Below, piece by piece: positions 36,868 through 46,678 of a stretch of DNA of 64,000 bases; within the stretch, counting starts at the first letter, position 1, and each line of letters opens with the position of its first letter. A program made the translations under genes and the position numbers. Origin of the DNA: Pelagomonas calceolata (taxonomy: Eukaryota); assembly GCA_918797485.1 (NCBI GenBank), contig CAKKNE010000001.1, forward strand, positions 3,410,001 through 3,474,000, read 5' to 3'. The notes beneath the pieces are model-generated. The model was not told the DNA's origin. It was given only the letters and a program-made list of their open reading frames with translations, and ran no database searches.

Positions 36868-39277
36868 TTAGGCCACGACCGCGTCCGGGCCCGTCCCCGC
36901 CGCGTCGTCGTCCGCCTCGAGGAGCCAGCGCGCCTTGGCGAGGAACTGGCGCTGGTGGTGCAGGTTGTCGTGGAGCGGCACGATGCAGAAGTAGTGCGCC
37001 GCGACGATCAAGCGGACGTCGCGCATCTTCACCGACGGATAATTACGAGACAGCCACGTCGCAAAGCATGAACGTAGCTTGGCCAGCGTCTGCGCGCCCG
37101 CTGCATCGACGGGCACATCTAGAATAATCGCGTCGTAGCCACATAAAGATTGATACACTTTGGACAGGTCATAAGCGACATCTCCACATGTTGTGAGTAC
37201 ATCTCCAAGCGCCCCGCGCATGTCCAGGAACTTCACGCGGCCGTCGTGCGTCAGTAGCACGTTGGAGAAGACGGGGTCGCCATGAATATAACCCGCCTTG
37301 TTAAAGCGCTTCTGCGACTCGTAGTCCTCGAGGAAGCTCAATATTTTTGACGCTAACGCGGGAACATCAGCGCCGAAGCTTCTAAAAAACGCTTCGTGCT
37401 TCTGGTACCGCTGTTTCACTTTCCTCGCATAATTCGTACATAGTAATTCGTCCGAAACATTGTCTGTGGAACCTTCACAAGTATGCAACCTTTTCAGCGA
37501 ATCCAATAATGCCACCAACCGCCCCGGCGTCACACAAAAATTCGCCGACAGGTGCGAATAAGTCACACCAGCGACTCTCGTAAGGACCATGCTCGACAGG
37601 TCCCTATCTGGATGCTGTGACACTGATACCGCTTGGGGGAACAAATCAGACAACGCAGGCGGAATGTGCTGGTACCAGTAAATCTCGCCCTTCAGGATGT
37701 GTTCCGGGCCCGTCTTCTCGACGTGGTCGTCGCCCACGCGCCGCACGGCGTTGAAATGCCGCGGCTTGACGCCACCCGTCAGGTCCGAATTACCTGATAT
37801 AGTCTCGAGGTCCCATCCTAGCGAACGTTCGATGTGCGCTCCTAGTGAACTGACTGCTTGGGCGTCGATGTAGACATCGGCACGAGGCTTGCCGAACAGC
37901 AGCTCGTCGTAGGGAATGCCAAATTCACCTAACTGCCGGAACGTGACCGCGCCGGCCCGAGCCATCGCGCTCCCAGCGTTGCCCCGCTCCATGCCCCGGT
38001 CCGTCCAGATGATTATCGTATGCCCAGCAGCGTGCAATTGCCTTGCAATTTGTATATTTTTATCTATAGGTGAGGCATCTTCAAAATCGTCGTCGACGCA
38101 GTTCACGAGCGTGCCGTCCAACGCGAAGCAGAAGCGCATTGCTCTAGCGCCCAATACTTCACCTCTTCGTAGTCTAGCTAGAAACGCCTTGAGCTGCGAC
38201 GGCGTCGACAGGGACGCAAAGTCCTTCGCTCGTACGGCTAAGAACGGGGCTTTATTTGATATGAGTCTCGCAATGAGACCAGAGACGTAGTGGTGGCGAT
38301 GACTGTAAGCAGCCGGGTTCTCCTGGGCCAGCGCCGTGTTCAGGGACGACGCGTCGTCTTCTTTCACCCAAGCTTGCTGTTTGTCTGTCGTTTTCACTTC
38401 TCCCACTTTCTCGTCGAGCAGTTCCTCGAGACCTGTGCGGAAATCAAAATTTCACGGCGCTGTCGTGCTGAATCGTCGCGTCGTCCTCCACGCCATCGAC
38501 GCGACGCCTGCTCGATGGCGCGGCGATGCCGGTTCCTCGCCGCTCGACCGAGCCTGGATGCACCCGACGCACTGGTTGATTTCCACACAGCTCCAGACCA
38601 GCGAGAGCCTGCGCCGCACTCGCAAAGACGTAGGCGCCGTTGTTCGCCAGCCGCGAGATGGCCACCTTTTCTCGGATGTCGACAATTTTTTGCGTCCGCG
38701 GGTCGACCCTTATATAACTATAAGGCGCGGACGCGTCCTCCGCGTCGTCGTGGAAGTAGAAGGAGGCCCCCGTATCGGACGGGAGGGCCCTGGCGCCTCC
38801 TAGTACATCACAGAACCAAAGCGTATCGCAGTCTAGAGAAATTGTTCTACGTCGTCGCTGATTCGCGTCCATCGCATTCAGAACGCAATATAACGTCTCT
38901 GTGGCGCCTCTCGTATCGAAGTCGAACCTCACAAAGTGCACTTCTAACGATGGATACTCTCTCCTAACAGCTGCTTCGATGCCGTATTCGGCCTCGACGT
39001 CGCGCTTGCTTCCGAGCCACACCGCATCGGTATCTCTCAAATCAAGATTGTCCAACAACCAGAACAACATGGGCCTCCCGACGACGGGAATCATGGGTTT
39101 CGGCGTCGGGTAGCCGGCATTCGTAAATTCGTTCCGCCCTAGGCCGCCCATCGGTATGACCACATTCAGCGGGCAGTCGTGCGTCCGCGGCACGGCTGAT
39201 AATTGAGGGCTTCTCCGGGACGAGTGCGGCGCGTTGACTTGCGTGGAGACGCGGATGGGGCAGGAGATGGGCTCCAT
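36868..39277 (-). CDS. Trifunctional NTP-transferase / HAD-like (capsule phosphatase-type) / APH-choline-kinase-like protein; intron 38433-38598
   Basis: NTP-transferase: VVIPMGGLG...PKPMI, LDCD, IREKVAIS. HAD-like: FCFALDGTL, YDELLFGKPRADVYID. Kinase: IHGDPVFSN, KFLDMRG. Confidence 0.85.
38433..38598 (-). mobile_element. Introner element, GT-AG intron (166 nt; longest copy)
   Basis: TIR CTGTGCGGAAATC / GATTTCCACACAG; TSD CTCGAGAC / CTCCAGAC; contains the core motif CCTCCACGCCATCGACGCG. Confidence 0.93.
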
Positions 39278-39437
39278 GCTGGCTGCGGCTGCGGTTTTTT
39301 GGCTTTTGACGTCGCAGCGGTGGCGTCCTGCCGGTAAGTGTAGCGCGCAGCACTGGTCGCTACCACACAAGACCCCTTGCAGCCTCTGAGGCGGAGGATG
39401 CCGGACACAGCCTTGTCGCTTTGCAAAATTTTGCGAC

Positions 39438-39460
39438 CCTAGCGACCGTAACACACTAGC
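39438..39460 (+). promoter_or_regulatory. Bipartite CTAG promoter motif
   Basis: CCTAGCGACCGTAACACACTAGC between divergent genes. Confidence 0.7.
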
Positions 39461-39634
39461 AATCTACTTTTGCGCTTTTTTGGGCCTGACTATGCACAAA
39501 ACCGCCTCTGCTATGCATTAAGGGACGCAGACGTGCGACTCATTCTTTCGGTATCGAGACCCGCAGCGCTACGCCGTCGACGAGGCCCCAAAACAGCACA
39601 TTCGCCTCAGGGCCAAAAAGCAGCATATACAGAG

Positions 39635-40591
39635 ATGGCCTCCATCCTGCAATACATGCGCACGGACTCGCCGGCCACCGTGCCGCCGGCGGACAACAAC
39701 GACACGCACGCGCTCGTCTTCCGCTGCCACGACCCGACGCCGGCCGCCCTCCAACGCATCGCGGCCGCCGCGGACCAATTGCAACAAGCGCGCGTCGCGG
39801 TCTGGGTCTCGCTCGACACGACGCACGTCCCGGAGGAGCCGCCCTCGCTCCTCCCGATCCTCCAGCACTCGCCGCCCCGGAAGAAGCGGCGGTCGGCGCC
39901 GCCGACGCCCGCGCAAAAGGTGCGGAGGACGCTCTCGAGCCACATCGCGCGCGGCGCCATCCGAGTCCACGAGTACGACGAGGCCGACATGGTCCGGAGG
40001 TATCCCGTGCTGCGCGACTTAAAAAGGAATCCGAGATTGCAGGAGAGCGAGGAGTTTCAGCGCGGCACGCACTCGCTTGCGTGGGGCCTGCACGCGGAAG
40101 CATTGAACGCCTGGTACCAGAGTTTGGAAAGGAAGCCGAGCTTCGTCTGGTGCTTCGAGGACGACGTGGGCTTCTCCGGGTCCCTCGAGACGCTGGTGGA
40201 TATCGTGAAACGGGACTGCGGCGACGCGGACCTCGTGACGGCGGATATCAAACTCAGACCCTCGGAGGCGTGGTGGTGGCTCGACGTCCATTCGACGGCG
40301 TTCGCCGAGCGCTACGGCGACGACGTCTACATCTCGCGCGAGCACGTCCAGCGCTTCTCGATGAGGTTTCTAGATAGGCTCCACGTGCTGAGTCTGCAAC
40401 GAGTGACGTGCTGGAGCGAAGCTTTGGTGCCGACGATCGCGCACGCCGAAGGGTTTGTCGTCGCGGAGCTGCCGCGGCTCGGCACGCCCTTCGCCCACGA
40501 CGGCCGCGTTTCCCAACAGGAGTGGGCGCACATCACGGAGTCGCACGCGGGGCGGCGCGCGGACCGGCTCTACCACGCGCTCAAGTTCTGA
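39635..40591 (+). CDS. Putative glycosyltransferase-like protein
   Basis: FVWCFEDDVGFSG, DADLV, RFSMRFL and SEALVPT motifs; ends LYHALKF (GT-A-like). Confidence 0.55.
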   Translation: MASILQYMRTDSPATVPPADNNDTHALVFRCHDPTPAALQRIAAAADQLQQARVAVWVSLDTTHVPEEPPSLLPILQHSPPRKKRRSAPPTPAQKVRRTLSSHIARGAIRVHEYDEADMVRRYPVLRDLKRNPRLQESEEFQRGTHSLAWGLHAEALNAWYQSLERKPSFVWCFEDDVGFSGSLETLVDIVKRDCGDADLVTADIKLRPSEAWWWLDVHSTAFAERYGDDVYISREHVQRFSMRFLDRLHVLSLQRVTCWSEALVPTIAHAEGFVVAELPRLGTPFAHDGRVSQQEWAHITESHAGRRADRLYHALKF

Positions 40592-40711
40592 CTTTCTCTA
40601 AGTTTTGTGCTGTTTGTGACCCTTACCGGGCGGGTTTACGAGCTGGTGCGCCGTCGAGCAGACGCGGTGGCAAGAGACACACGAACATACTATATAACAC
40701 AAAAGCCAACA

Positions 40712-41416
40712 CTAGCGGCTCGACGCGAACCCGCCGCGCTCTCCGTCCAAAAACACACCTGTTGGATCCCACGCCGGCCCGTCCAGGAACGCGTCCTCGA
40801 AGAGGTTGAGGGGCATGACCTCCTCGATGTGGCAGACCAAATGAGCGTTCGAGAGCACGTAGACGCGCGAGAACGTCGCCTCGGCCCGCGCCACCTCCAG
40901 CAGGGAAAACTCCTGCTTGCCGCCCAATTCCGAGAAGAGCTGGCCGAGGCCGCCGCCCTTTGATGCCTCTTCTATCGCCGTCCGCGTCCGCGCGACGACC
41001 GACGACCGCGCGACGCAGGCCGGGCGGTCCGCGAGCTCCAGCACGACGCGCCGCCGCCACAATCCCAGCGACTCGCGCTCGTGACTTAACACGCGGATCG
41101 TGACGCGCTCGTTGTGGTACGCGCTCAGGACCCTTTGTAAATTTCCGTTCGCCGTCAGCGCGACGCGCTGCGCGGGCGTGAACGCGATTCTCGATTTCGC
41201 GAAAAAACTCAGGTCCGTGTCGAGGTGCGCGCCGCCGACATCCCCCAGATGCTCGGCGCCGTCGTCGTGGGCCAGCACGGAGTGCGTGAGCGGCTCGTTG
41301 CTGAGGCTGTTGAGGGCCGGGTCGTCGACCGCTTTCAGGGCTGGTCGCCGCGGCGGCGTCTGGGGCTTTTGGAGGGCGCCGGCGGCCGCGAGGACCAGGA
41401 GGAATTGGTTGGCCAT
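40712..41416 (-). CDS. Chorismate-lyase (UbiC/DUF98)-like protein with leader peptide
   Basis: RVALTANGNLQRVLSAY, RRRVVL, ARSSV, GLGQLF, SRVYVL and IEEV motifs. Confidence 0.65.
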   Translation of the reverse strand: MANQFLLVLAAAGALQKPQTPPRRPALKAVDDPALNSLSNEPLTHSVLAHDDGAEHLGDVGGAHLDTDLSFFAKSRIAFTPAQRVALTANGNLQRVLSAYHNERVTIRVLSHERESLGLWRRRVVLELADRPACVARSSVVARTRTAIEEASKGGGLGQLFSELGGKQEFSLLEVARAEATFSRVYVLSNAHLVCHIEEVMPLNLFEDAFLDGPAWDPTGVFLDGERGGFASSR

Positions 41417-41569
41417 CGATGGGTTTTAATCTCGTGGCGGCCGCTGGCTCGGCCAGCTAGCACAGTCAGGTCGCTTAAAGGGTTGCTGGCGCGCGGCAGG
41501 GCGGCGCAGGTTGGCTGCTAGGAGGCACGGACGCTGGGTACGGCGGCGTTTTTTGCCAAAGCCTTGAAA

Positions 41570-41595
41570 GCTAGTGTGTCTTACGCACCGCTAGC
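41570..41595 (-). promoter_or_regulatory. Bipartite CTAG promoter motif
   Basis: Plus strand GCTAGTGTGTCTTACGCACCGCTAGC between divergent genes. Confidence 0.7.
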
Positions 41596-41736
41596 CCGAA
41601 AATTTAATCGGAAATTTATTAGCCTCCAGACGACCATTTCGAGGCGCCACCGCTTACCGAGCAGCAACACACGTCGCCTGCACCGGTTTCAAGGCCTGAA
41701 CAACAAGTGAGCATAAATCGACGCGCCACAAGAAAG

Positions 41737-43155
41737 ATGGCCTCCATGACCGAGGAGCTCGAACGAGCCCAGGCCACCCACGACGCCATTTTACGATTAG
41801 TCTGCGCCCTCCCGGACCCGCCGCACCTCGGCGGATCGAAGTGCCAGCCCGTCGACTACAGTTGTTTAAGAGCGCTCGCGTCACCTCATGCCTCATCGCG
41901 CGCGCTGCTATCAGACGTGCAATCCGGCTGGAGTGATTGTAAGAAGGCATTTCAAGAGGACAATCCAGACGAGGTCGCCGGCGCCTGCGGGGAATTAAGG
42001 CCCAAGTTGGAACGCCTCGCGTGCGCGGCCCACAAAGCCGCGCGGTCGGACCTAGAAGACCATTTGACTGGTAATGCGACGTGCGCCTGGGCGTCCGTAT
42101 TGGAGAACGACGCCAAGGCCGTCTGGATTTCCGGTGGGTCCGGCGGCCATCGGGGCGTATCAAAGCGCGACCGGTGCATTGAGAGTGTAGCGTTAGATGT
42201 GATCGCGGTCACAGCTAGGGAAGCGAAAGCCCTCGAGAAGAGCGCTAGGCACTTGGCGACGAAGCCGGGCTACCCCCCCATCGGCGATTGCAAAAGGGCC
42301 TGCGCGAAGCTGCGGAAGGCCGCGGGCCTCTGGGAGAGTTTGAGCCACGCCGGCGACCGCACGCCGATCGCGTTGTTGGATGCTTTGCCCGAGAATTGTG
42401 GGATGACCTTCGAGAAGCGCCCGCCGGAAGCGACGCGGGCCTGCTGCGCCGGCGCCGCTTTGCTCGCATCAGCCTCAGCACAGCGCTGTGCCATCGCCTC
42501 GGCCCTCGCCCAGAACAAGCTGCCCGACTCGCTCGCCGCCAAATTATGTGGCGGCGTCGCCGAGAAGCTCGAGGCGGCGCGCAACGCGTCCAGAGACGGC
42601 GCGCCGAAGCACCACGCACGGCTCGATCGCGCGGCGGCCAATTCGGCAGCGGCTGATGCAAACTTGTTCCGGGGCCTGCGCGCCTACTTCTGCGCGCGCG
42701 AGGCCAAAGCCAAGGAGGAGCACGGGGTGTGTGTGGCCTGGTACCGCGACGCCGAGGCGCGACTGGCGCCGGCGATCGTCTCCACCTCGGGCGCGGGCGC
42801 CGACCGGCCCCGCGACCTCGATGCGCTGAAGAAGGCCCTACAAGTGGCGCGCGCGGCCGCGGACCACGAGAACTCCAGGATCTACTACGAGACGGTGCCG
42901 GCGCCGAAAGAATTGCGAGCACCCCCCGCCGTGAAGACCATGGGCCCCGAGGCGCCGCTCTGTCTGATCGCGGACGCGGAGCCCGTGCCGCTCTCGGCGC
43001 CGACGGCCGACGACGAGGCCTTGGCGCGCCAGCTCGCGGCGTCCTTCGAGGAAGACGGATCTGGGCCGCCGCCGCCGGCTTACGAGGCGGCGCCGCCCGC
43101 GGCGCTCTCGGACGAGGAGCTGGCGCGGCGGCTCCACGAGGAGCTCAACGGATAA
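41737..43155 (+). CDS. BRO1-domain-like protein with C-terminal UIM-like and PPAY motifs
   Basis: LRKAAGLWE, LAAKLC, ADHENSRIYYETVP; DDEALARQL / DEELARRL; PPPPAY. Confidence 0.75.
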   Translation: MASMTEELERAQATHDAILRLVCALPDPPHLGGSKCQPVDYSCLRALASPHASSRALLSDVQSGWSDCKKAFQEDNPDEVAGACGELRPKLERLACAAHKAARSDLEDHLTGNATCAWASVLENDAKAVWISGGSGGHRGVSKRDRCIESVALDVIAVTAREAKALEKSARHLATKPGYPPIGDCKRACAKLRKAAGLWESLSHAGDRTPIALLDALPENCGMTFEKRPPEATRACCAGAALLASASAQRCAIASALAQNKLPDSLAAKLCGGVAEKLEAARNASRDGAPKHHARLDRAAANSAAADANLFRGLRAYFCAREAKAKEEHGVCVAWYRDAEARLAPAIVSTSGAGADRPRDLDALKKALQVARAAADHENSRIYYETVPAPKELRAPPAVKTMGPEAPLCLIADAEPVPLSAPTADDEALARQLAASFEEDGSGPPPPAYEAAPPAALSDEELARRLHEELNG

Positions 43156-43174
43156 GTTTATCACATGTTAGTAG

Positions 43175-44425
43175 TCAACCCTGGAACCAGAACTCCCGTT
43201 TGAGGATGCCCAGGAGCGACTCGTCCGCCACCGAGGCGTCGCCGTGCCGTTCGTGGTGCTCGGTGAGATACCTGACGAGCGACGACCGGTCCCGCCGCGT
43301 CGTGTACAGCGTCGACAGGAGCAGCTCCTCGACGAAGCGGTAGCTGTCCGACCCGCCCCTGACCCAGCTCGCGAGCTCCTCGGAGTCGAGCTCGGTGCCG
43401 CTTTTGTTCGCGATGGCGAAGCAATAATTCGCGCAGACCTTTCCGACGGTTTCGGCAAAGTCTCGAACCGTCGTCGCCTGTGCGTAAATCAACCAGTGTC
43501 GGGTGCGCGATAATCTGATTTATGCACTGGTCGTCGCCTCGGTCACGTCGAGCGTGGCGACCGGGTGGCCGTCCTGCCAGGGTTCCTCGGTCTCGGCCAA
43601 GAGGCGGACGCTCTCCTCGACCCCCGTGGGGATGGCACCGAGGCGCTGATCGACGAGCGCCTCCAGCAAAGGTAGCTGGCTCGTCTTGCCCCGCATCCCC
43701 ATCGCTGTGAGGTAGGTTGCCCCCACCAAGGACCCGAGTTCGCGTCGGCCGAGGCGGCCGTCGGTGCCCCCACGCAGTAATAAATCGACCTTGTTCTGCG
43801 TGCGCCCGTCCTCCATGACCACGTGGTAGGCCCAGAACTCCTCGAACGTCACGACGCCGTCGCCGTCGCTGTCGAGCAGGTCCATCATCAACGCCGCGTG
43901 CTCTGAATCGCCACCATTCCTGGCGACGACCGTCTCGAGCACGTCCTGCGTGAAGCCTCTAGCTCCACCGTGCACGGCGGTCCCGCGCTCGGCGCTGAAC
44001 TGCTTGAGGGCGTCGTGCAGCTTCACGAGCGACGGGTGCGAGTGGAGCGAAATATCAGAGCCCGCGCCCTTGCCGTCGTAGTTTCTCGCTATACCTGCTT
44101 TGGGCGCCCGGTCCACGTAGGCGAGAAAAGTCTCACCGGCCTGCCGCTCCGGACCATCAAAAATCTCGCGATGGCACTCGTCTTTTATTTCTGATGGCCG
44201 GTGCAGCGGCGTGAGCAAGGTCGTCAGCACGGCGGTGAGCACGCGCACTGCTCTAGCCTCGGCCGGGTGCACGACGGCCGGGAGCTTTGCGTCGCTGCTG
44301 CTGCTGACGCCGCGCAGCAGTCCGGGGCAGCCGCGGTGGACCGTCTGCCACAGTGGTGCCCGCCGGCGCGACCAGGCGCGCATGGTCGGATGGCAGCCAA
44401 GCTGCAGCCGCAGGAGCGCTCGCAT
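43175..44425 (-). CDS. EF-hand calcium-binding protein with presequence-like N-terminus; intron 43478-43537
   Basis: DSDGDGVVTFEEF and ANKSGTELDSEEL loops; spliced DVTE|ATTVRDF. Confidence 0.75.
43478..43537 (-). mobile_element. Introner element, GC-AG intron (60 nt)
   Basis: Perfect TSD GTCGTCGC; TIR CTGTGCGTAAATC / GATTTATGCACTG; in-frame stop inside. Confidence 0.92.
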
Positions 44426-44975
44426 CTGTCAAAATCTAATGCCTCGCGGCGGTTGGGCAGCCTCTCGCAGCCATAATTCTAAGACAGCAGCCTGCCATTG
44501 CCCAAGCTTCCCATTGCCCCGCACGTAAAAGCCCCCGACGACACGAACAGTCGTACGCCAAAGAGGCGGTAGAAGCCCGGATAAAAACAGCTGCGGTGTT
44601 CCACGATGCTACACCAAACACCTCAACAACCAGGCCGCCTGTGATCGATGATTGGAGAGCTTGAATTGGTCCACGTCCGCTAGCCCCGCGCCGTTCCACA
44701 CGGTTGGCGTCCCGCACCTCTTCGATCCATCGCCTAGGATTGCTGCGGGCACGCCTTCGGACCGTCGTTTGACGGCACTGCTCTCCCAGCTCAACCCTTC
44801 ACCCACGCTGTGGCGGGCCCCGTCGCGTGAGGAACGCTGAGTGCGAGGGTCGCAACAGCGATTTTAGACCCTCAGGAGGCTCCCCAGCCAGTTTCATACA
44901 AAAAAAGCCCCGCCTTGGGGTGCGAACGCGAGCGCGTGCGAACGCGGACACCAACGACCACGATAACCAGCAAAA

Positions 44976-46109
44976 ATGGAGGTTCCGAGCGAGGAACCCG
45001 CCCCGAAGCGGCCCAAGCCCGACGACCAGTGGAGGTTAGAACGCACCCTATCAGTACCGGCCACATCAAACGACGAAGCCCAATACTCCTTTGATTGTGT
45101 CAAAGGGAAAGAACGCCATCGCATCGGCCCCGCCGTGCGACTGTTGCAGGACGGCACGGCGGCCTGGCATCCTAGAAGTTTGAGGGAGTGGTTGCGGACG
45201 AACACGAAACTGCGGCCGACGGATGTGGTTGTGGCTTGCTATCCAAAATGTGGGACTACATTAACGGAGCAAATCGTGTTGCTAGCCTTGAACGGCGGCG
45301 ACGCGGCATCATTGGACCCTTTATCAAAGAACGCCAAGAACTACCTGGGCGACGAAGCGTCCATAGGCAAAGTGTGGCCCGAGGCCTGCCTGCGGCCCGA
45401 CGACGCCCAGGCGGGTGGTGATAAGGGCAAGGAGGAGTTCGTGCCCATGACGCGTTCGGCGTTTGACGCGTTACCTGCACCTAGGGTCATAAAAACGCAC
45501 GCGCGCGTGAGGAACTTGCTCGGGAATGACCAGGGAGGTTTGGTCGAGGGCGCGAAGTACGTGATTTGCACGCGGAACCCCTTCGACGCCTGCGTCTCGG
45601 CCTACTACCACGCGTGGCACCCGAAAAATTCAGGATGGCCTTTTGACGCGTGGGCCGAGGCCTGGTTGGAAAGCGACCAGTGGTCGCCCAACAGTTCTTG
45701 GTTCCGGTGGCACACGGAGTGGCGGGACACGCACGCGTCGAACACGGACCAGTGTCTCTGGCTGTGGTACGAGGATTTAGTTTCTAACCCGGACTACTGG
45801 GCCAGGAAAGTGGCCCATTTCGTTACTGGTGTGGAACCCGATGACGAACTAGTGTCAAAGCTAGTACAAGGAGCGTCCTTCGAGAAGATGAAGGCCCACG
45901 CTAGTCGTGCTGAGAATTCATCTCGCTTAAATTCGAGTGACCATCTGCGCGTCGGGAAGACGGGGACGTGGCGCGACCACTTCGCGCCCTACCCCGGGCT
46001 GGAGGAGAAGTTCCGGGAGGTCTTCCGGAAGCGCATGGCCGGCCCTGGGCTCGCCTGGAACGTGGGCGAGGGCGACGCCTTGGCCACGCCGATCGTGTTG
46101 CCGGCCTGA
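44976..46109 (+). CDS. Cytosolic-type sulfotransferase
   Basis: YPKCGTT (5'-PSB), IKTH, RNPFDACVSAY (3'-PB), YEDL and LRVGKTGTW motifs. Confidence 0.93.
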   Translation: MEVPSEEPAPKRPKPDDQWRLERTLSVPATSNDEAQYSFDCVKGKERHRIGPAVRLLQDGTAAWHPRSLREWLRTNTKLRPTDVVVACYPKCGTTLTEQIVLLALNGGDAASLDPLSKNAKNYLGDEASIGKVWPEACLRPDDAQAGGDKGKEEFVPMTRSAFDALPAPRVIKTHARVRNLLGNDQGGLVEGAKYVICTRNPFDACVSAYYHAWHPKNSGWPFDAWAEAWLESDQWSPNSSWFRWHTEWRDTHASNTDQCLWLWYEDLVSNPDYWARKVAHFVTGVEPDDELVSKLVQGASFEKMKAHASRAENSSRLNSSDHLRVGKTGTWRDHFAPYPGLEEKFREVFRKRMAGPGLAWNVGEGDALATPIVLPA

Positions 46110-46678
46110 CGACCTGTTGTATACCCCTGAGGCGCGCACGTGTGTGCGCGTCGCCCGTCGTCGCCCTGCTTAATTAATAGATTATTAATCGTCGGTACCT
46201 TCCGTCTAGGATACCTTAGAGGACCTCCTCTGCGCGCGCCGCGCGAGTCTCAAGAAGCAGACGCCCCGCCACGTCTCTGGGGGCATCTGATCGCCTCTAG
46301 AGAGCATCGACGCCGCCGCCGCGCCCCTCGAGCGCTGGCTACGAGCTCGTAAACCCTCGAGCCCCGCGGCGCTTGCACACAAGCAGCGCGAGCCACTCAC
46401 GCGCGGCGCGTGGCGTAGCCATCGCGGACAGGCTGGCGACTGCGCAGACCCGTCCCGGACGCCCGGGAGGTCGGTGCGCTTGGGGCTCGCTCCGCCTCGC
46501 CACCCGTTTGTTGGTTGCCGACGAAGCGTAAAACGGGCGGCTTCGCTGCCCAAAAGCCGCTGCGCACCGCACCGGGAAAGCCCGCGGCGCGCGGCCCGAC
46601 CGGACGGCAGCTCGACCGGACGGCAGCGTCGCACGCGGCACAAGAACAGCGACACACACGGGCAGCTTCACGGGCAGC

